Source: Heterodontus francisci (Eukaryota). From it: a DNA stretch of 64,000 nt. Positions 38,899-47,859 of this stretch are shown in pieces. The stretch is from NCBI RefSeq assembly GCF_036365525.1, contig NC_090399.1, positions 51,988,430 to 52,052,429 on the forward strand. Direction: 5' to 3'. Below the pieces are notes generated by a model, which saw nothing but the letters and a program-made list of their open reading frames with translations, made no database searches and was not told where the DNA came from. The first letter of the stretch is position 1. Each line of letters begins with the position of its first letter. Made by a program: the position numbers and the translations under genes.

Positions 38899-40735
38899 AT
38901 ATGAATGTAAACTAGCAAAAAACATAAAAACGGACTGTAAAAGCTTCTATAGGCTTGTACAAAGGAAATGTTTGGTGAAGACAAATATGGGTCCATTACA
39001 GGCAGTCAGGAGAATTTAAAATGGGGAAAATACAGAAATGGCAGAGAAGCTAAATGATTACCTTGTGTCTGTCTTCACTGAGGAAGATACAAGAAATCTC
39101 TGAGAATTAGAGATCTAAAGGACTAGGCAGAATGAGGACTTGAAGGAAATTAGTATTAGTAAGAAGGTTCTATTGGAGAAATTAATGGGGCTGAAGGTTG
39201 ATAAGTCCCTGAGACCTGATATACTACATCCCAGAGTGTTGAAAGAGGTAGCTATGGCGATAGTGATGCATCTTCTAAAATTCTCGAGATTCTGGATTGG
39301 TTCCTGCAGATTGGAAGGTTGCAAATGCCATCCCACTATTTCTGAAGGGAGGGAGAGAGAAAACAGAATTACAGACCAATTAGCCTGACATCAGTAGTAG
39401 GAAAATTGCTGGAATCCATTCTTAAGGAAGTAATAAATAGATACTTGGATGATAATGATCTGATTGGGCATAGTAAACATGGATTTATGAATGGGAAATC
39501 ATGTTTGACGAACCTGTTGGAGTTTTTTGATAAAGGGGAGTTGCTGGATGTGGTATACTTGGATTTTAAGAAGGCTTTTGATAAAGTCCCCCACAGGAGG
39601 TTGGTTAGCAAAATTAAAGCACATGGGATAGGAGGTAATATAGTGGCATGGATTATGGATTGGTTAACAGGTAGAAAGTGGAGAGTAGGAATAAACAGGT
39701 CATTCTCATGTTGGCAGGCTGTAACTATTGGGATACCACAGGGATCAGTGCTTGTGCCCCAGCTGTTCACAATATATATCAATGGTTTGGATGTGATGAC
39801 CAAATGTAGTATTTCCAAGTTTGCAGATGTCACAAAATTAGGTGGGAATGTGTGTTGTGAGGAAGATGCAAAGTGGCTTCAAAGGGATTTGGACAGATTT
39901 CATGAGTGGGCAAGAATGTGGCAGATGGAATATAGTCTTAAAAAATATGAGGTTATCCACTTTCATAGGAGGAATAGATGTGCAGAGTATTTCTTAAATG
40001 GTAAGAGATTAGAAAGTAGATGTACAAAGGGACCTGGGTGTCCTTGTCAATAAGTCACTGAAAGCCAGCATGCAGGTGCAGCAAGCAATTAAGAAGGCAA
40101 ATAGTATGTTAGCCTTTATCGCAAGAGGATTTGAGTAAAGGAGTAGTGAAGTCTTGCTTCAATTGTATAGAACCTTGGCTAGACTGCACTTGGAGTACTG
40201 TGTGCAGTTTTGGTCCCCCTACCTTAGGAAGGATATGATTGCCATCGAGGGAGTGCAGCAAAGGTTCACCAGACATGGTCCCGGGATGGCGGGACTGTCA
40301 TATGAAGAGAGATTGGGGAAACTGGGCCTGTATTCTCTACATTTTCGAAGAATGAGAGGTGATCTCACTGAAACCTACAAAATACTTAAAGGGATAGACA
40401 GGGTAGATGCAGGTAAGATGTTTCCAATGGTTGGGGAGTCTAGAACCAGGGGATACAATTTCAAAATAAGGGGGAAGCCACTTAGGACAGAGATGAGGAG
40501 AAATTTCTTTACTCAGAGGGTTGTGAATCTTTGGAATTCTCTACCCCAGAGGGCTGTGGAAGCTCAGTCTTTGAGTATGTTTAAAGCAGAGATTGACAGA
40601 TTTCTAAATACAAATGACATAAAGGGGATATGAGGATAGCGTGGGGAAAAGGCATTGAAGTGGAAGATCAGCCATGATCATATTTAATGACGGGGCAGGC
40701 TCAATGGGCTGAATTGCCTGCTCCTACAACTATGT
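38899..40735 (+). mobile_element. Decayed CR1 LINE
   Basis: ORFs 39406-40053 and 40154-40633 with LDFKKAFDKVPH, GIPQGSVL, RMRGDLTETYKI. Confidence 0.92.
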
Positions 40736-42135
40736 ACCTAAAACTGCACATAATATTCCAGATGCAGTCTCACCAAAGCCCTGTACAATTTTAGTAAGAC
40801 GGCTTTATTCCTGTACCCCAATCCCCTTGCAACAAAGGCCAACGTGCCATTTGCCTTCCTAATAGCCTGCTGCACCTGCATGTTAAGTTTGTGCGTTCCA
40901 TATACAAGTATCCCCAAGTCTCCCTGAACATCAATACTTAGCAGTTTCACACCTTTTAAAAAAATATTCTGCTTATCTAAATGAGAACAGTTTCTCCCTA
41001 TCTACTCTGTTCAGACCCCTCATGATTTTGAATGCCTCTATCAAATCTCCTCTCATCCTTCTCAGGGAGAACAGCCCCAACTTCTCCAACCTATCCACGT
41101 AACTTAAGTTCATCATCCCTGGAACCATTCTTTTCTTTTCTGCACCCTCTCTAATACCTTAACACCCTTCCTAAATTGCAGTGCCCAGAACTGGATGTAT
41201 TACGACAGTTGAGGCTGAACCAGTGTTTTATAAAGATTTATCATAATTTCCTTGATTTTGTACTCTGTGCCTCTATTTATAAAGCCTCGGATCCCATATG
41301 CCTTTCTAACCACTTCCTCAACCTGCCCTGCCACCTTCAGTGATTTGTGCACAAATACCCCCATGGCCCTCTGCTCCTGTACCTCCTTTAGAATTGTATC
41401 CTTTATTTTACATAGCCTCTCATTGTTCTTCCTAAAAAAAAATGAATCACTTTTCTGCATTAAGTTTCTTCTACCACATGTCTGCCCATTCCAAAGCGTT
41501 TCTCTCCCCACAGATGCTACCAGACCTGCTGAGTATTTCTGGCACTTTCTATTCTTATTTCAGATTTCCAGCATCCGAAGTATTTTGCTTTTATGCCTAT
41601 GTCCGCTTGCAGTTTATCACTATCCTCCCCACAGTTCATAATACCTCTCCAAGTTTTGTGCCATCCGCAAATTTTGATTTTGTGCCCTGTCCACCCAAAT
41701 CTAGGTCATTAATAAATATCAAGAAAAGCAGGGTCATAAGAGTTCTGATGCAAGGTCACCAAACTGAAATGTTAACGGGCCCCCCTTTTTATTTTTAGCT
41801 ATTTTTTATTTTTTCTTTGTTAATATTATCTCATTTTATTTCATCATTCATTTTTTTACTATGTGCCTACCCACTGCTATTTTTGTCATGTTTGTGCTTT
41901 GGGCCAGGGTTGTTTTATTTTTTTGTCAATTAACATCTTCTTTCATGACCTTCTGGTCAGTTAATCTCAGTGACTTTGTCCTATCAACACCCTCTCTTTT
42001 GTTATCTCTTGCCCCACCCCCACTTTACTTGCTTAAAACCTTTTACATTTCTAGCCTCTGCCAGTCCAGTTCTGAAGAAGGGTCACTGACCCGAAACAAT
42101 AACTCTGCTTCTCTGTCCACAGATGCTGCCATGTA
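40736..42135. mobile_element. Mosaic of minus-strand CR1 fragments and Penelope terminal pieces
   Basis: CR1 motifs on -; Penelope ends CAGATGCT...ACCTGCTGAGTATTTC and TCTGAAGAAGGGTCACTGACCCGAAAC. Confidence 0.7.
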
Positions 42136-42139
42136 TTTA

Positions 42140-43938
42140 TAGGAAGATAGGAACAGGAGTAGGCCATTCAGCCCCTTGAGCCTGTCCCGCCATTCAATGA
42201 GATCATGGCTGATCCGCGGCCTAACTCCATATACCTGCCTTTGGCCTATGTCCCTTAATATCTTTAATTAACAGAAATGTATCTATCTCAGATTTAAAAT
42301 TAACAACTGTTCGAGCTTCAACTGCTGTTTGTGGGAGAGAGTTCCAAACCTCTACCACCCTTTGCGTGAAGAAGTGCTTCCTAACATCTCTCCTGAACGG
42401 TCTGGTCCTAATTTTTAGACTATGCCCCCTGGTTTTAGAATCTCCAACCAGTGGAAATAGTTTATCTTTATCTAGCCTGTCTTTTCCTGTTAATATCTTG
42501 AAGACTTCGATCAGATCACCCCTTAACCTTCTAAATTCTAGCGAAAACAGGCCGAATTTGTGTAATCTCTCCTCATAACTTAACCCCTGTAATCCAGGTA
42601 TCATTCTTGTAAACCTACACTGCACTCCCTCCAAGGCCAATATATCCTTCCTAAGGTGTGGTGCCCAGAACTGCTCACAGTACTCCAAGTGGGTTCTAAC
42701 CAGGGTTTTGTACAGCTGCAGCATAACCTCTGTGTCTTTATACTCCAATCCACTAGATATAAAGGCTAGCATTCCATTAGCCTTTTTGATTATTTTCTGC
42801 ACTTGCTCGTGGCATTTTAAAGATCTATGCACCTGAACCCCCAAGTCTCTTTGGACATCCACTGTACTTAACCTCTTCCCATTTAGAACGTACCCTGCTC
42901 TATCCGTTTTTGGTCCAAAATAGATAACCTCACACTTACCCACATTGAAATCCATCTGCCACTGTTTTGCCCATTCACCTAGTCTGTCAATATCTCTTTG
43001 CAATTTTATGCTATCATCTAGACTGTCTACAATGCCGCCTAACTTTGTATCATCAGCAAATTTGGATAAATGACTTACTATGCCATCATCCAAGTCAATA
43101 ATGAATAATGTGAATAATTGAGGCCCCAACACAGATCCTTGTGGACACCACTAGTCACATCCTGCCAATCGGAGTACTTACCCATTATCCCCACTCTCTA
43201 TCGCCTACCACTCAATCAACTTCCTAACCATGTCAATAATTTGCCCTCAATTCCATGGGCTTCTACCTTAGTTAACAGTCTCTTATGTGGGACTTTATCA
43301 AATGCCTTCTGGAAGTCCATATAAATAACATCCATAGACATTTCCCTGTCCACTACCTTAGTCACCTCTTCAAAACAGTCAATGAGATTTGTCAGGCATG
43401 ACCTTCCCGTCATGAATCCATGCTGGCTGTCCCTGATTAACTGAAATTTTTCTAGGTGTTTAGTCACCCTATCCTTGATTATAGACTCCAGCAACTTCCC
43501 CACCACAGATGTCAGGCTAACTGGTCTGTAATTTCCTTGGTTCCCCCTTTCACCCTTCTTAAAAAGTGGAGTGACATGTGTAACTTTCCAATCCAGAGGG
43601 ACCACTCCTGAATCTAGAGAACTCTGAAAGACTATAGTTAGGGCATCTACAATGTGCTCCCCTACTTCCTTTAACACCCTCAGATGGAAACCGTCAGGTC
43701 CTGGGGATTTCTCACTCTTTAGTTCCATTAATTTCCTTGTTACTGATGTTTTATTTACGTTAATTGTATTAAGTCCCTGTCCCCTAGCGGCTATTAATTT
43801 TTTTGGGACTTCCAGCAAGTTATCCTCCTTTTCAACTGTAAATACTGAGGCAAAATAATTGTTCTACATGTCTGCCATTTCCCCATTATCAATGACAATA
43901 TCTCAATTTTCAGCTTTTAGTGGGTCTACATTGCTCTT
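42140..43938 (-). mobile_element. CR1 LINE with a well-preserved RT region
   Basis: ORFs 43216-43818 and 42221-43132 (KSPGPDG, YMDFQKAFD, KFADDTKLGG). Confidence 0.93.
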
Positions 43939-44694
43939 GAGATCAATGAAAGCAATGTAGAAGGGCATCTGTTGGCCAAGAGAGTGTGGGAAAATGGCGC
44001 ACTGACACAGAACATAAAAGTCCGAGTGTATCAAGCCTGTATCCTCAGTATCTTGCTCTACGGCAGCGAGGCCTGGACAACGTGTGTCAGCCAAGAGCAA
44101 CATCTCAATTCATTCCAGCTTCGCTGCCTCTGGAGAATCCTTGGTATCAGGTGGCAGGACTGTATTTCCAACACAGAAGTCTTTGAGGCAGCCAACATCC
44201 CCAGCATATACACCCTACTGAGCCAGCGGCGCTTGAGATGGCTTGGCCATGTGAGCCGCATGGAAGATGGCAGGATCGCCAAGGACACATTGTACAGCGA
44301 GCTCATCACTGGTATTAGACCCACCGACCGTCCATGTCTCTGCTTCAAAGACATCTGCAAACGCGACATGAAGTCCTGTGACATTGATCACAAGTTGTGG
44401 CAGTCAGTTGCCAGTGATTGCCAGAGCTTGCGGGCAGCCATAAAGGCGGGGCTAAAGTGTGGCGAGTCGAAGAGACTTAGCAGTTGGGAGGAAAAAAGAC
44501 AGAAGTGTAAGGAGAGAGCCAACTGTGTAACAGCCCCGAGAACCAATTTTATCTGCAGCACCTGTGGAAGAGCCTGTCACTCTAGAATTGACCTTTATAG
44601 CCACTCCAGGCGCTGCTTCACAAACCACTGACCACATCCAGGCACTTACCCATTGTATCTCGAGATAAGGAGGCCAAAGAAGAAGAAAAAAAAT
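43939..44694 (+). mobile_element. RTE-clade LINE 3' end with an inverted 5' piece
   Basis: KVRVYQACILSILLYGSEAWT, LRWLGHVSRMEDGR, C-terminal CxxC...H; GAA/A tail; CTCTT on both flanks. Confidence 0.88.
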
Positions 44695-44807
44695 CTCTTT
44701 AGTTGTCCATGGCTGCTTTTTCTGTGAAGTGGAGCTTTTTCCTCTAAGGGGTTTACTTGTTTTTATTTCAGATTTCCAGCATCTGCAGAATTCTGATTTC
44801 ACTGAAA

Positions 44808-45184
44808 CTTTTTTTTTTATTTCCAAAATATACTTTATTCACAAAAATCTGTAAAAATTACATTCCCAAACAGTTTCAAACAGCACCAAAAAATACAAAC
44901 ATTGCAAGGCAGATCAGTTTCCTTCAGTACAATCATGGGTTGCTCCACAACCCTTCGATTTCACCTTTGTCATGCCAATTACATTTTTACATTCACAGCA
45001 AATGAAAATTTTCCCGATACAGTTCGAGGGGTTTCCCATGGATCCAGCCCCGCAGTTCACCTTGGTGGGGGAGGGGAACCTTACACAGTGGTCTTTCCCC
45101 ATTGAGCCTTTGCTGCGGCTGCCCCAAGCTTTAGTGCGTCCCTCAGCACGTAGTCCTGGACCTTGGAATGTGCCAGTCTGCAAT
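44808..45184 (-). mobile_element. Tx1/L1-like LINE 3' end with poly(A)
   Basis: Minus translation CRLAHSKVQDYVLRDALKLGAAAAKAQWGKTTV*; AATAAA and poly(A) on the minus strand. Confidence 0.65.
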
Positions 45185-45270
45185 TTTACTGAAACGTTAA
45201 CTCTGTTCTCTTCCCCACAAATGTTACATAACCTGTCGATAATGAATTGACTTCGGTTCTTATTGCTTCA

Positions 45271-45580
45271 GTTCCGCCAGGTAACAGGTGACGAAAATTC
45301 CAGAATTCTTATTGGTTCTTCATGCCGCCCCTGGCTATGGTTGGTCACTTTTCGTCTACTCCTGACATTGATATTTTTTCTTCGGCCGAGCCTGATTGGT
45401 CACGGTTTGCCTTTTCCTGATTGGTCACCTTTCTCAGGGCTCTGATTGGCCTTTGTTTTTCTCGTCCTGATTGGTCACTTTCCCTGTCACTGCTTGGTCA
45501 CTTTTTTGCTGTATTTGATTGGTCACTTTGTGCTAGACGCTGATTGGTCGCTCCATGTCCGCTCTTTATTTAAAGGCCGT
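45271..45580 (+). promoter_or_regulatory. MHC class II-type promoter: X1/X2-like box, array of Y (CCAAT) boxes, TATA box
   Basis: CCAGGTAACAGGTGACG (45277-45293); ATTGG cores in units at 45308, 45392, 45417, 45442, 45467, 45515, 45540 plus degenerate units at 45337, 45364, 45490; TATTTAAA at 45567-45574; CpG-rich. Confidence 0.8.
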
Positions 45581-45619
45581 TCCATTTCCCGCTTCCGCAT
45601 TTACATCTCCAGTCCCGCA

Positions 45620-45722
45620 ATGTCTGTGTTCCAGGCTGCTCAACTGCGCTCCTTGTGGATCAGGATCTCGCTCATCATCTGTACTGCGATCATCTTCAAT
45701 GGAGAGAGGGAGAGCGGGGTCG
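45620..45722 (+). CDS. Exon 1 (signal peptide) of a probable MHC class II beta chain
   Basis: ATG 45 bp after TATA; MSVFQAAQLRSLWIRISLIICTAIIFNGERESGV(G) hydrophobic leader; phase-1 donor G|GTAAGT at 45722/45723; IFNGER resembles shark class II beta leaders as I recall them; Y-box promoter and neighbouring class II alpha gene. Exon 2 not found in the window. Confidence 0.75.
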
Positions 45723-45871
45723 GTAAGTAACCGAGGGGATGCCCGGGGCTGGGAAGGAGCGGGGTCGGGAAGAAACCGAGGGGATGCCCGGGGCTGGGAA
45801 GGAGCGGGGTCGGGAAGAAACCGAGGGGATGCCCGGGGCTGGGAAGGAGCGGGGTCGGGAAGAAACCGAGG
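45712..45871. repeat. 45-bp GC-rich tandem repeat, ~3.5 copies, spanning the exon 1 donor
   Basis: GAGCGGGGTCG starts at 45712, 45757, 45802, 45847. Confidence 0.95.
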
Positions 45872-46370
45872 AAAGTAAGTGAGGTCCAGTAATAATCCTC
45901 TCTCGGGGCCAGGCTCCGGAGCTTTGGGCTATTTGCCAGCAATCCTGATGTTTTAACCTTGGATGTTCCTGATTTTTGTAAGTTGGTTTATTGGTCGTGT
46001 ACATTCTCATAACAATCCTCCTTTAAAAGAGACCTCATTTCCTACACTGCACAGTTAGGATGAAGTGTTTCCCCTTGATAGTAAGAAACTTGAATCCATT
46101 TCGCATGAGTATTTTGGTTTAACTTGTATTGCTTTGCCAAAGCTATTGTGCAGGTACAGCAAACAATTAAGAAGGCAAATAGTATGTTGGTCTTTCTTGT
46201 AAGAGGATTTGAGTGCAAGAGTATAGATGTCTTATGGCAATTATATAGAGCCTTCATGAGACTGCAACTGGAGTATTATGTACAGTTTTGGTCTCCTTCT
46301 CCAAAGGATATACTTCCCATAGAGACAGTGCAATGATTGTTCACCAGCCTAATTCCTGGATGAAGGGATT

Positions 46371-46698
46371 ATTTATTTATTTAGAGATACAGCACTGAAA
46401 CAGGCCCTTTGGCCCACCAAGTCTGTGCTGACTGTCAACCACCCATTTATACTAATCCTACACTAACCCCATATCCCTACCACACTCCCACTTGTCCCTA
46501 TATTCCCCTACCACCTACCTATACTAGGGGCAATTTACCTATCAACCTGCAAGACTTTGGCTGTGGGAGGAAACTGGAGCACCTGGTGGAAACCCATGCA
46601 GACACAGGGAGAACTTGCAAACTCCACACAGGCAGTATCCAGAATTGAACCTGGGTCACTGGAGCTGTGAGGCTGCGGTGCTGACCACGGTGCCACTG
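46371..46698 (-). mobile_element. HE1/V-SINE-like SINE
   Basis: Reverse complement of the 962-1300 family. Confidence 0.88.
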
Positions 46699-46720
46699 TT
46701 CTGCCCAAAATGGACATTGC

Positions 46721-46792
46721 CTCCCTGTTGGGGAATTGAACCCCAGTCTCCCATGTGACAGGTGGGGATACTGACCACTATACTAATGAGGA
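46721..46792 (-). pseudogene. tRNA-Asp(GTC) pseudogene
   Basis: 72 nt TCCTCATTAGTATAGTGGTCAGTATCCCCACCTGTCACATGGGAGACTGGGGTTCAATTCCCCAACAGGGAG, colinear with vertebrate tRNA-Asp-GTC, with CpG-type transitions. Confidence 0.9.
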
Positions 46793-47109
46793 AATGATCT
46801 TCTGAGAAGAAATTAAGTAGACTGTGCCTTTATTCTCCTTTTACAAGAATGAGGTGATCTCATTCTAACATGGAAAATTCTTACAGGGCTTGATGAGGAG
46901 GATGATTTCCCTGGGCTGGGGAGTCCAGAACCAGGGGACCTGGTCTCAGAATAAGGGGTAGGCAATTTAGGACTGGGATGAAGAGGAATTTCTTCACTCA
47001 GGGTGTGCTTGGAATTTTCTGTCTGAAGGCTGTGGCAGCTCAGTTGAGTATGTTATGCTTGATTTGTTTCTATGTATTTAAAAACATCCAGGTATATGGA
47101 AATAGTGCA

Positions 47110-47442
47110 GGGTGGTGCAGTGGTTAGCACCGCAGCCTCACAGCTCCAGTGACCTGGGTTCGATTCTGGGTACTGCCTGTGTGGAGTTTGCAAGTTCTCC
47201 CTGTGTCTGTGTGGGTTTCTGTTGGGTGCTCTGGTTTCCTCCCACAGCCAAACACTTGCATGTTGATAGGTAAATTGGCCATTGTAAATTGCCCCTAGTG
47301 TAGGTAGGTGGTAGGAGAATGGTGGCAACATGGTAAGGAATATGGGATTAATGTAGGATTAGTATAAATGGGTGGTTGTTAGGCCCTTCAACCCACTGAG
47401 TCTGTGCTGACTGTCAGTGCTGTATCTCTCTGACTATGACTA
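47110..47442 (+). mobile_element. HE1/V-SINE-like SINE (rearranged tail)
   Basis: A-box, B-box GGTTCGATTC and central domain. Confidence 0.85.
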
Positions 47443-47859
47443 AAATGGTTTTGAAGTAGATTGGTTATGATCTCATTGGTGAACTTGTATTCTTGTGTTG
47501 CTTGTTGGGTTCAGTTAGCAATAGGTTAAGAGTTGAAAAGAAATGGGCAGCTATTTGGATGTTTAGGGCAAGTTATTTGGTTTCAAGGAGTATGTTGAAT
47601 TCCTATCTCTATCACCATGGTTGGTAGCTCAACTTTGGACATGTTGTGCCAGGAATCCTAATGGGTCTTTGCTCCCCCTCCAGCCAGGAAGAGTTGTCCA
47701 TCCAGATTAAGGGATGTATGCAGCCATGAGTAGGTGCTTGCCGATTTCAAATGTGGTTATGTTGTAGTAGGCTATGCAATTGCTTGTATTCTACTGAAAA
47801 CTGTATTCTCAAAGCTTAAACAAGATAATGAGAAATAAGTTTTTAATGGTTTATAGAAC

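Larger units (their letters stand above)
46146..47100 (+). mobile_element. Old CR1 3' fragment with a nested SINE and tRNA copy
   Basis: KKANSMLVFLVRGFE, LEYYVQFWSP; resumes at ~46795. Confidence 0.75.

Noticed and set aside
46721-46792. Functional tRNA-Asp gene
   Set aside because: CpG decay introduces stem mismatches, and the copy is embedded in a CR1 beside a SINE.
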